From positions 82,651-146,650 of IMG/VR virus record IMGVR_UViG_3300021420_000017: DNA of 64,000 nucleotides; one strand, written 5' to 3'. Both the position numbers and the translations under genes were made by a program. Source of the stretch: a virus. Under the pieces are notes generated by a model. It searched no databases, was not told the origin of the DNA, and saw only the letters and a list, made by a program, of their open reading frames with translations. This document shows, piece by piece, positions 1-9,333 of the stretch (position 1 is its first letter; each line of letters starts with the position of its first letter).

Positions 1-1
1 T

Positions 2-82
2 CCCTACATCGCCGCCGCGCAGCAGGAGATCTTGCGTCAGCAGTCCATCATCCGCGCCCAGATGGCTTCGCAGGGTCGCTGA
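2..82 (+). CDS. 3' end of a gene starting before the window (hypothetical protein)
   Basis: Open frame from base 2 (PYIAAAQQEILRQQSIIRAQMASQGR) to TGA at 80-82 with GC-rich third positions; next gene starts 5 nt later. Confidence 0.6.
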   Translation, partial: PYIAAAQQEILRQQSIIRAQMASQGR

Positions 83-87
83 CCGTA

Positions 88-369
88 GTGAACTTCCGGC
101 TGGCAGTCAAAAGGATCGAAGCCGATCTGGACCCGGATCGTGCAACATCTGTGCCATGGCCGACAAATAGGCCAGTGGTGCATCAGCCGTTGCCCAGCAC
201 GGATGGTCTCGACCCGGCTGCTCCCGGTGGGCCCTCTCCCTTCAACTCGGGGGCGGGGCCCTACGGGGAGCCGGTGGCAACAGATCCTCTGCGAGATACC
301 CCTATCGCCCAGGGTATGCCGATTCCTCACAAATTGGGCCCGGACCTTGACCAAACGACACTTCAGTAG
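88..369 (+). CDS. Hypothetical Pro-rich protein, 93 aa
   Basis: ORF packed between upstream stop (82) and next start (381). Confidence 0.6.
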   Translation: MNFRLAVKRIEADLDPDRATSVPWPTNRPVVHQPLPSTDGLDPAAPGGPSPFNSGAGPYGEPVATDPLRDTPIAQGMPIPHKLGPDLDQTTLQ

Positions 370-380
370 AGGAAAACGGG

Positions 381-2984
381 ATGACTGACTCATTTGCCAT
401 CAATGCCCTGTGGGATGGGGTCACCCGTGACTTCGACGCTGAGCAGGCTCACGAGCGCTTCGTGCGGGGCAAGGTCGCGGTTGCCAGTCACTGGCCCTTC
501 CTCGCGGTCGCGCAGAGCCCCGAGGAGTTCGATCAGCGGATGGCTCTCGCTCTGCCCGCGATCGAGGCCAAGCTCGACCCGGCGGTGGCGCAGCAGGTCA
601 TCGACTCCCTGGTTGAGGACTGGCAGATCATGCGCGAGGCACACCTAGCAGCGATGCCCAGTATTGAGGTCCAGGGGCGTCACCGCGCGGTCGTGGAGGT
701 CGGGGAGCAGTTCTTCCACGCCGCCTCCCAGAAGTGGCTCACCGTGGTCGCTGGACCCGATGGAGAGCCCATCGCGGTCGAGCCGCATGTTGCCCACCTG
801 GCCTACATCGACCCCAGTGATGCCCAGCGTTACTCGACCTACCCCAATCTCAACCCGCCGGTGAACAACGGCGGCATGCCGGTCGACCCGGATGGCTTCG
901 TGGCCAGTCCAGATCCCGACCAGGCGGGCAAGAGCGATGCGGTCATCCAGCAGCGCCAGCTCACCCCGGGAGCCTGGACCGTCACCCCGGGCAGTGAATA
1001 CCCGCAGCACGTCATGCCCCAGTCCGAGCAGTACGGCTACCAGTCCACTGGCTCTTACAAAGATATTGACAAGAATGGTTGTCCTGACTGTGGGACTAAG
1101 TGGGTAGACGGAAAGCTTCAGCACAAGAAAGATTGCCCCACTCTCAAGGAGTTTGACCCGCATCACGAGTCTTCGCGCCACACAAGCGGAGTCGTCACCA
1201 CTGGCTGGACGCAGGCTTCGCTCGATCAGTTGCTGGCGGGGATGGGTCAGTTCGACAAGCTCGCGGGCGATCGATACCACGTGATTGAGGGACGTGGCGA
1301 GGCCGAGTTCCCTTCCGATCCCGATGGTTATCAGGATGGTCTGCGCGACGCGCATTACCATCACTCGCGTGGTGGTTACGACTTCCGCAATGACCCCGAG
1401 TTCGCCGACCAGTCCGACGGCTATCAGACTGGCTATCACAAGGGCAAAGCAGAAGCTACTGATGGTTACCCTCATCGGGCCGTCCGGCACATAGCAGGCG
1501 AAGGCGTCGTGCCCACGCCAGGCCCAAACCCGAACTACTTCAGTCAGGGCACCAATGGGCTCATGGGCGACATGGGCTACCCGACTGATCCAGGCCCGGA
1601 ACCGCTAACCCACAATCAAGTAGATGACTTCTACGGCGCGGTTCCACCGCTGGTCAGCTCAGGCACGGATGGCTCCCAGAACGGCCCCTATAGTCTGCAG
1701 GACCCGCAGGCGATGGCTCCGACCGCGAGCCGCCGCCCTTTAGCTGAGCGCACGGCAGCCACTGATCGTCGGTGGGATGATTTGGCGACTTACAAGGCCG
1801 ATCCGGATCGACAGGGCCCGTCGCCTAAGCATTATCATGATGGTTTTCTCGATGGCGTACTCGGGCGGGATGGTACTCACCACAAACACCCGAAAGCTGA
1901 AGAGAGCTATCAGCTCGGTCACGGGCACGGGCGATCTGTGCCAAATGATTTGCGCTCTTGGGTTGCTGATGGCGGAGATATCAAGCAGTCTGTTTTAGTG
2001 ACGGCAGCCTTCAATGACAGTCACGTGAGTGATTACGTCAACTGGGCTCAAGGGGAAGGTCATGATCCGGATCATCCCAAGACGCTGAAGCGGTATGAGC
2101 AGCGCCCGGGTATCGGAAAGGCACACACCAACTTCCTGGCAGATCAGCTCTATATCGGTAGCGGTGATCAGGACTGGCGCAAGAGCGCAATGACCGACGG
2201 TCGGATCGTCGGTCATTGCGATCACTGTTCGAAGCCCGTCCGTCTGCACACCGAGAACGGTGAGCACGAGCTGCGTCACCTGCATAGCGGCTCGAACTGG
2301 TGCGCGCCCAAGGCCACCGATTCGCTCTCGGTGGCGAAGGTGTCTTCACAGTTTTTCGATCCCACCGACCCGAGTGTGCGCACTGCGGCCATCGGCGACC
2401 CGCAGGACATGAGCGGCCAAGGTGTGGACCCGATGCCAGGTGGCCAGGGTCTCACCCAAGACTCTTCTGGGACCGCTGATGCCAATGTGCCGGTGCCTGA
2501 TCCGATGAGCAGCACCGGCAGCCTCCAGGCCTGGGCGAATCAGTACATCAAGCGGCAGGGCGACTCCTGGGTCATCACTCAGAAGGGGACCGGCAAGGTT
2601 CTCTCCCACCATGACAGTCAGGAAGAGGCCGAGGCCAGCTTCCGGGCGATGATGGAGTCCAAGCACGGGGTTTCTCTGCGCGCTCAGGCCGACGGAGTCA
2701 GCATCGAGCGTCCTACAGCAGAAAACCCGACTGGGCGAGGCTCGGATGAGTTCCAGGCCACACATTGGGACAACATAGTGCAACAGCGACCAATGCAGGC
2801 GCCTGATGGCAGCGGTGGTCGCAATATCAACTCGCCCGTCTTGCCTGCCGCTCCGATCCGCACGATTGACACGAATCGGCCTGGCGGTCGGAATCCGCAG
2901 CAGGACGAGGTCGGAGAGAACCAGAACGAGGATTCGCGTGAGGCCTCGTTGCGCACCCTGGCGCAGATCATGGAGGCCGACTAA
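381..2984 (+). CDS. Large multi-module, low-complexity head-region protein (867 aa), probable internal/minor head protein
   Basis: Long ORF with GAGG upstream; small modules (CPDC, CDHC, GxxxG hairpins, IKRQGDSWVITQKGTGKVLSHHDSQEEA) separated by Pro/Gly/Asp linkers; located upstream of portal. Confidence 0.75.
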   Translation: MTDSFAINALWDGVTRDFDAEQAHERFVRGKVAVASHWPFLAVAQSPEEFDQRMALALPAIEAKLDPAVAQQVIDSLVEDWQIMREAHLAAMPSIEVQGRHRAVVEVGEQFFHAASQKWLTVVAGPDGEPIAVEPHVAHLAYIDPSDAQRYSTYPNLNPPVNNGGMPVDPDGFVASPDPDQAGKSDAVIQQRQLTPGAWTVTPGSEYPQHVMPQSEQYGYQSTGSYKDIDKNGCPDCGTKWVDGKLQHKKDCPTLKEFDPHHESSRHTSGVVTTGWTQASLDQLLAGMGQFDKLAGDRYHVIEGRGEAEFPSDPDGYQDGLRDAHYHHSRGGYDFRNDPEFADQSDGYQTGYHKGKAEATDGYPHRAVRHIAGEGVVPTPGPNPNYFSQGTNGLMGDMGYPTDPGPEPLTHNQVDDFYGAVPPLVSSGTDGSQNGPYSLQDPQAMAPTASRRPLAERTAATDRRWDDLATYKADPDRQGPSPKHYHDGFLDGVLGRDGTHHKHPKAEESYQLGHGHGRSVPNDLRSWVADGGDIKQSVLVTAAFNDSHVSDYVNWAQGEGHDPDHPKTLKRYEQRPGIGKAHTNFLADQLYIGSGDQDWRKSAMTDGRIVGHCDHCSKPVRLHTENGEHELRHLHSGSNWCAPKATDSLSVAKVSSQFFDPTDPSVRTAAIGDPQDMSGQGVDPMPGGQGLTQDSSGTADANVPVPDPMSSTGSLQAWANQYIKRQGDSWVITQKGTGKVLSHHDSQEEAEASFRAMMESKHGVSLRAQADGVSIERPTAENPTGRGSDEFQATHWDNIVQQRPMQAPDGSGGRNINSPVLPAAPIRTIDTNRPGGRNPQQDEVGENQNEDSREASLRTLAQIMEAD

Positions 2985-4145
2985 ATGAGTAGCGCAGTTC
3001 AGATCTTCTGCGGCAACTGCGGAGCGCAGGGGGCGGTCAACAAGGTCACTGCGAGCTTGCAGTGTGTGTGTGGCTCGACCGACCTGGGTCTCGTCGGGGT
3101 CGATACCCCCAAGGTGGTGACCGCCAGCGACTATGGCCACGAGGAAGAAGACTTCGATCTGGGCTTCGAGCACGGGGCGAACGGTCATCCCAAGTCCGGC
3201 GCGAGTGAGGCCTATCATTTCGGTCACGATCGCGGTGTCAGCTACGCCCACTCCACGGGCCGCTTCCGCACCGACCACGAGAACTATGGCAAGGAAGCCG
3301 CTCAACACGTCGCCTACCCGCAAGGGCCGGGTACGGGCTGGGGTAAGCCGCAGGATCTGACTCGGGGCTGGAGCGAGTACCAGGGCCCCCTTCCCGGGGG
3401 CAACCCGCAGTCCTCGGCGCCGGTCAGTGATAACGCCGTCTGCCCGGCCTGTCATGGGGCGGGCTGGGATCCGATGGACTCCACCGTCACCTGCCGGGAG
3501 TGCAATGGCACGGGTCAGGTCAACGCGCCCACCTCCAAGCCGCCGGTGGAAAGCTATGACGCCACCACTTCAGGGCCGCCGGTGGGCGGTGCTCGTTGGG
3601 CTAGCACTCGCACGGCGGGGCGCACTTCCACCGACGTTCTGGGCAGTCCGGAGCAGCACATCCGTGCCACCACCCCGGGCTACAGCGAGCGGGGCGGCTA
3701 CCGGCCTGAGGGAGAGGTCGATCCGAACAACGCAGCGACCTTCTACCCCAAGGCCGACACGTATTCGCCGTTGATCCAGAGCCGGGAGCAGCCAGCCTAC
3801 GAGCATGGCAACAAGCCCTACCAGATGGACTCTTCCTCCTGCCCGAACTGCGACCACAGCCCGACCGAGCTGCGCAAGGACAAGAACGAGGACGCCTGGG
3901 CCGTCTGCCCGCACTGCGGGCCGCTGGCCAACATCGACAAGCACCCCGAGATCAATCCCTACGCATGGCCCCATGGCTTCACCCCGGACCGCTCGATGAA
4001 GACCTCGGCCCTGCTCGGGCGCAACAAGCGCACCGGCAAGCTGTTGCGCATCGTGGCCACCGTGGCGAGTACGAACCCGGGCCTGCATCCGGGAGAAGTC
4101 GTCCGCCTGGCGCGCATGAGCGTTGCCTCGTTCGCGGAGAAGTAG
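2985..4145 (+). CDS. Zn-ribbon protein with DnaJ-type CxxCxGxG motifs (386 aa)
   Basis: CGNC..CVC, CPACHGAG..CRECNGTG, CPNC..CPHC motifs; start abuts the upstream stop. Confidence 0.75.
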   Translation: MSSAVQIFCGNCGAQGAVNKVTASLQCVCGSTDLGLVGVDTPKVVTASDYGHEEEDFDLGFEHGANGHPKSGASEAYHFGHDRGVSYAHSTGRFRTDHENYGKEAAQHVAYPQGPGTGWGKPQDLTRGWSEYQGPLPGGNPQSSAPVSDNAVCPACHGAGWDPMDSTVTCRECNGTGQVNAPTSKPPVESYDATTSGPPVGGARWASTRTAGRTSTDVLGSPEQHIRATTPGYSERGGYRPEGEVDPNNAATFYPKADTYSPLIQSREQPAYEHGNKPYQMDSSSCPNCDHSPTELRKDKNEDAWAVCPHCGPLANIDKHPEINPYAWPHGFTPDRSMKTSALLGRNKRTGKLLRIVATVASTNPGLHPGEVVRLARMSVASFAEK

Positions 4146-4158
4146 GACCGACCCGGAG

Positions 4159-4626
4159 ATGATCTCTCTCTACGAAGGGGACGCCGTCAGCTATGTCGGC
4201 GCGGCAATGCCGCCTGCGCACGGCAAATTGCTTTTTTTCGCCTCCGAGCAGGCCGCGCATGTGAAGTGGTCTGATGGACCCTTCGAGGGCAAGATCGCGA
4301 TCGTTGATATCTGGGACCTGATGCCGGTCGAGTCCGCCCAGGTCCTGGCCAGCCTCGACCCGAACAGCCCCAACGCGCTGCGCCGAGTGATGGCTTCCCA
4401 GGGCGAAAGCGGGGCGGTGAACTTCCTAGTTAGCGCGAATCAGGTGGAGGGCTGGACCGGGATCGCTCGTGAAACGCTGAACTTTGTGCAGGCCAAACTG
4501 CGCAGTGATGCCTCTATGGATATGGCTTACGAACAACTTTCGGCCGCCGAGATTGATTCACTGATCGCTTTCTCTAGCCGTGTTTTGCTTAAAGATGCCT
4601 TCGGCGAACTGAACGAGGCGGACTAA
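4159..4626 (+). CDS. Hypothetical protein (156 aa), N-terminal SH3/KOW-like beta domain plus helical C-terminus
   Basis: ATG at 4159 follows GGAG and avoids overlap with the upstream gene; LYEGDAVSY..G..AHVKWSDG pattern. Confidence 0.65.
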   Translation: MISLYEGDAVSYVGAAMPPAHGKLLFFASEQAAHVKWSDGPFEGKIAIVDIWDLMPVESAQVLASLDPNSPNALRRVMASQGESGAVNFLVSANQVEGWTGIARETLNFVQAKLRSDASMDMAYEQLSAAEIDSLIAFSSRVLLKDAFGELNEAD

Positions 4627-4628
4627 TC

Positions 4629-5315
4629 ATGTCTGTTAGCAACGGATGGGAATCAAGCATGGAGCACGGCATCCGTTACGTTCACCACCAGGGCTACTCC
4701 GGTGCAACCGCTCAAGTCTTAGTGGAACCCCCCAAACTCACGGTGCTGGCGCACGTCTCCGGAAACAGCATCGACTGTCTGCATTGTCCGTTTTGTGGCA
4801 GTGGTGCTATAGTAGCGAGAAGTGACGGAACGATTGAATGTTCCTTTTGCACCTCTTGCTTTACTGTTCAGGTCCAGCCGCAGTTCCCGGCTTTCCCGAT
4901 GACGACCCAGGGCCAGCCCTACCCGTGGCCGGGCCAGCCTGATCCCGCCTCCGTGGTGGCTCCTGGGAGTGCTCCGATGGCTCCTGGTGACCCGCTCGGC
5001 GGAGGTATCGGGGGAGCCCCGGAAGACATCAACGCGGTTGATCCCAACGACCCGGATGCTGATGGGGCGGATGAGAGCGGGGACGATAGCGACGCTCCTC
5101 CCTGGCTCAAGGGCAAGAGTGGCGATTCCGATGCCGGAGACGATAAGAAGGCCCAGGTGGGGGGCAAGAGCGCTCCTCCATTCGTCAAGAAGAAGTCCTA
5201 TCTCACCGTCACCGGCGCGCAGTTGTCCGAGCAGGACTACATCCGCCACCTGGCCATCGCTCACGCCCAGGACAAGAGACGAGTTGCCAGCCTGGTGAAG
5301 GCGAGCCGCACGTGA
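4629..5315 (+). CDS. Zn-ribbon protein with acidic linker (228 aa)
   Basis: CPFCGS..CSFC motifs; tight gene packing. Confidence 0.7.
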   Translation: MSVSNGWESSMEHGIRYVHHQGYSGATAQVLVEPPKLTVLAHVSGNSIDCLHCPFCGSGAIVARSDGTIECSFCTSCFTVQVQPQFPAFPMTTQGQPYPWPGQPDPASVVAPGSAPMAPGDPLGGGIGGAPEDINAVDPNDPDADGADESGDDSDAPPWLKGKSGDSDAGDDKKAQVGGKSAPPFVKKKSYLTVTGAQLSEQDYIRHLAIAHAQDKRRVASLVKASRT

Positions 5316-5632
5316 GCGGCAGCATCACCATCAACGCAGCATTGGCGCAGGCGGGCGTCCCGGACGAGACATTTGCGATAGCCATCGGCCATCCCTGCAT
5401 GGGGGCGAAGTTCCACAGCCCTCGACCGTTGGTTACTCGGCGATTCTTTGATGTGGATTACGTATTCGTCAATGAGGTGTGGCTCTGTCCCACTTGTTAC
5501 GAAAACCTCAAAGTCCTCCTTCACTTAGCGGGCAAAGTCGAAGCATTGGAGTGGACCATTCTCCGCGAGTTCGGCAATCAGCTACGCGCACTGGGCATGA
5601 CCATCGCGCAGAACCGCAGGCAGGAAGACTGA
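5312..5632 (+). CDS. Hypothetical protein (106 aa) with HPC..CPTC possible Zn site
   Basis: GTGA overlap with the upstream stop and TGATG overlap with the portal start. Confidence 0.7.
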   Translation: MSGSITINAALAQAGVPDETFAIAIGHPCMGAKFHSPRPLVTRRFFDVDYVFVNEVWLCPTCYENLKVLLHLAGKVEALEWTILREFGNQLRALGMTIAQNRRQED

Positions 5633-8373
5633 TGGCGGACTTTGCAATCAACGACCGGCGAGGTAAGGGCACCGGTCGGAGCAATGACGACCTGTCGCAC
5701 TCGCGCCTGACCCGCAATGGAATGAATGTGCGCCGGGCCGTGGATGAGCAGGCGGCCAAGTCGAACATGTTCGGCGCTCCTCGGATGAACCGCGACAAAG
5801 AGACCCTCGATCACCTGAGCCGGGCCAAGATGTCGATGAGCCGCCGCGCCAGTCAGGGCACCGGGGTGAACAACGCGCCCAGTATGCAGATGGCTTCGGG
5901 TCGCCCACGCGACCCGATGTGGTACTGGAAGCAAAACAACATTCCGTTCAACTTCACTGAACCAGCCGAGATGCAACGGATTAGGGAGTTTTGCAATACT
6001 CCCGACGCGCCGGTGACAATGGCCGATGGCACCACCAAGCCGCTCGGGCAGATCGTAGCCGGGGACAAGGTCAAGGGCTGGGACTACCTCGTGCACGCCA
6101 CCAACCCGTGGGCCGGTGGCGGCTGGAGTTACGGCGGCAACGGGGGCAAGGTTCGTGAGTACGTCAGTGCCACTGTGCTAGCCACCAGCACCCGCACGGC
6201 TCCGTCGGTGGTCCGGCTGACGATGGCCTCCGGAGCGCAGATCACCTGCACTCCGGATCACCTGTGGGCCAATCCTTACTACGGCCAGCAGGTGCAGTAC
6301 AACGGCCCCTTCCCTCCCAACATGGCCAGCTCGACTGCGCTGATGAGCACCGAGTACGCCCCGGCTCAGGTGGGGACCGAACTGCTTAATGTCGGGGCCG
6401 CCACGATGGACAAGGTCATCTCGATCGAGGATCTGGGCCCTGGCACAGTGGTCTCGATGCAGACCACCACGGGCAACTACATCGTCTGGGGAATGGCTTC
6501 TAAAAACTGCCGTCTGCTCTATGTTACTCACCCCATCATTGCGGCATGCGTAGACATCTTCGCTAAGTTTCCGCTGCAAGGATTACACTTTGAATCGAAA
6601 GACGATCAGCTTACTGATTTCTATAGCGAACTATTCTTTGATCAGTTGCACTATGAAGACCACCTACTTGATATAGGTACTGAATACTGGAACTGCGGCG
6701 AGACGTTCTCTTTAGGGGCATGGAACGACACACTGGGTATCTGGGAGGGCGATCAGCTCATCAATCCGGATGACGTTGAGATTGAAAACGCGCTCTTCCT
6801 CAACGAGCCCCGCTTCCTTATGCGCCTGCCAGCGAGCCTGCGCAAGATCCTTACTACTCGAACTCCGCGTTATGCCTATGAGCAGATCGTGCGTAGCTTC
6901 CCCGAGCTGCTGCAGTATGTCGGCCAGGACGACCTCATGCCGGTCTCCAGCGTCATCCTCAAGCAGTTGCGGTTCAAGGCCGACCGGTTCAGCAACCGGG
7001 GCATCCCGATCCTCATGCGTGGCTTCCGGGCCATCATGCAGGAGGAAATGCTCAACAGCGCGCTGGACTCCATCGCCGACCGTCTCTATACCCCGCTCAT
7101 CCTGACCAAGTTGGGAGCCACGGCGGCTGACCTGGGCACCACGGTTCCCTGGATCCCGGACCAGGACGAGATGGAAGAGTTCAACGTCGCGTTGGATGCC
7201 GCTCTGGCGGCCGACTTCCGGGCCCTGACCTACCACTGGGCTATCGACATGCAGCCCGTCTTTGGCCGAGAGAATGTGCCTGATCTTTCCAACGACTTCG
7301 ATCGGCTCACCGAGCGGCTTCTGATGGTATTCGGACTAAGTCAGACAATGCTCACAGGAGCCTCAGCAGGGGAAACTTACGCCGCTGATGCCCTAAACAG
7401 GGATGTAGTAACACAACTCCTCAGTCATTATCAGCGCAGCCTTGGTCAGTTCTATACAGATCGAGCACTCATCGTCGCTGAGGCGCAGGAGCATTATGAC
7501 TACGAAGTGCGCGGGGGCAAGCGTTATCTGATTACCGAAGAGATCTATGAGATCGATGAGGAAAGCGGAGAGGAACGCATTGTCGAACAGCCGAAGCTCC
7601 TGGTCCCCGAACTCAAGTTCAAAATCCTCAACCTCACTGATGAGGATGCGGAACGGCAATTCATGGAATCACTGGCCGAGGCGGGTGTGCCCGTCCCCTA
7701 CCGTGCGCGTATCTCCACGACCGGCCTGGATTTCAACGAGATGGTCGAACAGCGGTCGAGGGAACAGGTCGCTCTAGCCGTCGCAGAGCAGGAGACGCGC
7801 AAGAAGACCTTCCTTGCACTGCGGGCCGCCGGGTTGCCCGTGCCCAGCGATCTGATGGATGACTTCAGCCCCAAGGCGATCCCCGCCGACGGTACCAATC
7901 CGCCACTGGGGTCCATGGGAGATGAGGTTATCCCGGGGCTCGGTCAGCAGCCACTTGGTCTTCCGGCTCTGTCGCCCACGCCGGACGATCTGGCTCAGGC
8001 TGATCCGAATGCTGATCCCAATGCGGTGCCCAGCGACCAGGACGCGAACATGGATGGCATTCCGGACTCCGAGCAGAATCCCGACCTGCAGCAACCCGGA
8101 GATGACGTGCCGCCTGAGTCGAATGAGGAGAAGGCCGACATGCCCAAGTCGGCCCAGCTCCAGAAGACCGCAGCGCTGCCTAAGTTCGGTATCAAGCAGA
8201 TCACGAAGGACTATTACGTCCCGATCGACAACTCGGAGGAAGAGTCAACCAGGGACCACCGGCCGGACGGGATGTTCGGGACACCGAAGCATGTGGGCCT
8301 GAGACGCCACCTCGCGCCCCTCATCCCGGACGACATCAAGTTGAGTCATCTAGCCCCGGACGGGGATGAGTAA
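5632..8373 (+). CDS. Portal protein containing a mini-intein
   Basis: ATG at 5632 overlaps the previous stop; helical portal-like body (HPIIAACVDIFAKFPL, GIPILMRGFRAIMQEEMLNS, FGLSQTMLTG); position in head module; acidic disordered C-terminus. Confidence 0.8.
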   Translation: MADFAINDRRGKGTGRSNDDLSHSRLTRNGMNVRRAVDEQAAKSNMFGAPRMNRDKETLDHLSRAKMSMSRRASQGTGVNNAPSMQMASGRPRDPMWYWKQNNIPFNFTEPAEMQRIREFCNTPDAPVTMADGTTKPLGQIVAGDKVKGWDYLVHATNPWAGGGWSYGGNGGKVREYVSATVLATSTRTAPSVVRLTMASGAQITCTPDHLWANPYYGQQVQYNGPFPPNMASSTALMSTEYAPAQVGTELLNVGAATMDKVISIEDLGPGTVVSMQTTTGNYIVWGMASKNCRLLYVTHPIIAACVDIFAKFPLQGLHFESKDDQLTDFYSELFFDQLHYEDHLLDIGTEYWNCGETFSLGAWNDTLGIWEGDQLINPDDVEIENALFLNEPRFLMRLPASLRKILTTRTPRYAYEQIVRSFPELLQYVGQDDLMPVSSVILKQLRFKADRFSNRGIPILMRGFRAIMQEEMLNSALDSIADRLYTPLILTKLGATAADLGTTVPWIPDQDEMEEFNVALDAALAADFRALTYHWAIDMQPVFGRENVPDLSNDFDRLTERLLMVFGLSQTMLTGASAGETYAADALNRDVVTQLLSHYQRSLGQFYTDRALIVAEAQEHYDYEVRGGKRYLITEEIYEIDEESGEERIVEQPKLLVPELKFKILNLTDEDAERQFMESLAEAGVPVPYRARISTTGLDFNEMVEQRSREQVALAVAEQETRKKTFLALRAAGLPVPSDLMDDFSPKAIPADGTNPPLGSMGDEVIPGLGQQPLGLPALSPTPDDLAQADPNADPNAVPSDQDANMDGIPDSEQNPDLQQPGDDVPPESNEEKADMPKSAQLQKTAALPKFGIKQITKDYYVPIDNSEEESTRDHRPDGMFGTPKHVGLRRHLAPLIPDDIKLSHLAPDGDE
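5992..6507 (+). mobile_element. Mini-intein (172 aa) in portal, no endonuclease domain
   Basis: Starts CNTPDAPVTMADGTTKPLGQIVAGDKV (block A), has TCTPDHLW (block B), ends VVSMQTTTGNYIVWGMASKN followed by Cys+1. Confidence 0.9.
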
Positions 8374-8391
8374 TCGGACCGTTTAAAGTGA

Positions 8392-8428
8392 CTGTCTGAT
8401 TTGATCTTGGAACGGATACAAGTAGTGA
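8392..8428 (+). promoter_or_regulatory. Putative phage late promoter (variant)
   Basis: CTGTC-N21-ACAAGTAGTGA, intergenic before the membrane-protein trio. Confidence 0.5.
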
Positions 8429-8514
8429 CAGATCAATAACTGCGCGCAGAAGGTCGAGCCTCCGATGACGTGGTTGCCCGTAACCTTCATCCATAACGAC
8501 GGGATGGCTCGTGC

Positions 8515-8838
8515 GTGAGCAGCAGCAATGTACTCAGCATAATTGAGGTGCTCTCCGCGATGTCTGTTCCTCTAGGAACTGGAGCGGTTGCTTATGTCCG
8601 ATGGCGTAAGAACGCGGAAGAGGCACGGCATCAGCGGGAGCAAGCTGCTACGACAGCAGCTAATCGGGCTGCAGCAGATGCAAGAACAGAAGAAAAAGCC
8701 ATGCGCGATCAGTTGCTGAAGGCGAAAGATGACGAGATCGCTCGAATCAATCTGATGCTGCAGCAGGAGCAGGCAGAGAACTCGCGGCTACAGGGGATGT
8801 TCCTAAATAGACCGCCCAATGGAGAAGGTGGGTCATGA
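8515..8838 (+). CDS. Membrane protein, N-terminal TM plus coiled coil (holin-like or lysis accessory)
   Basis: Hydrophobic N-terminus then WRK, then a long charged helix; start uncertain. Confidence 0.6.
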   Translation: MSSSNVLSIIEVLSAMSVPLGTGAVAYVRWRKNAEEARHQREQAATTAANRAAADARTEEKAMRDQLLKAKDDEIARINLMLQQEQAENSRLQGMFLNRPPNGEGGS

Positions 8839-9332
8839 ACCATGAGTTCAAAGATTCCCCTGAATCGTTAGACCCTGTAGTGGCTCCCGCTGTTAAGTCA
8901 GCGATGCTGGAGACAGACCCTCCGGCTGTTCGTCGCAGACTTACTTTCTTCGTTCTATTGATCTTGGGTCTGCTCATCGTGATTTCTACGGGGGCCGCTG
9001 TAGTGGTGGTAGTCGACACCATCAAACTAGATACTTATACCTACTGCCAGGCGCATGTGAATAATTTAAATCGGTTGGTGGCAGATGACGACCGCAAAGT
9101 GAATGATGATCTCGCGCAAGCCAACAATGCATTGAACGAAGCCGACGCCGCCTTGTTTAAGGCTATTTTGGGCGCGCAGTCTCCACTCTCTCGCGAAGAC
9201 TTCATTGCAGCATACGCGAGGTATACTCAAGCATATGCTGCATACCAATCAGAGTTGAGTATCTATACAACCGAGCGAGCTAACAATGATCGCATCCGTA
9301 CTGCTAATCAGCTAACCAGCGGAAAGTGCTGA
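8835..9332 (+). CDS. Membrane-anchored coiled-coil protein (165 aa)
   Basis: RRR then a 25-aa hydrophobic segment, heptad-like region, terminal Cys; ATGA overlap. Confidence 0.65.
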   Translation: MNHEFKDSPESLDPVVAPAVKSAMLETDPPAVRRRLTFFVLLILGLLIVISTGAAVVVVVDTIKLDTYTYCQAHVNNLNRLVADDDRKVNDDLAQANNALNEADAALFKAILGAQSPLSREDFIAAYARYTQAYAAYQSELSIYTTERANNDRIRTANQLTSGKC

Positions 9333-9333
9333 G

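Noticed and set aside
5479-5631. N-terminal extension of the portal ORF
   Set aside because: Overlaps gene 5312-5632; ATG 5632 is coupled to that gene's stop. Upstream extensions at 24320, 26856, 35788 and 43031 were trimmed for the same reason.
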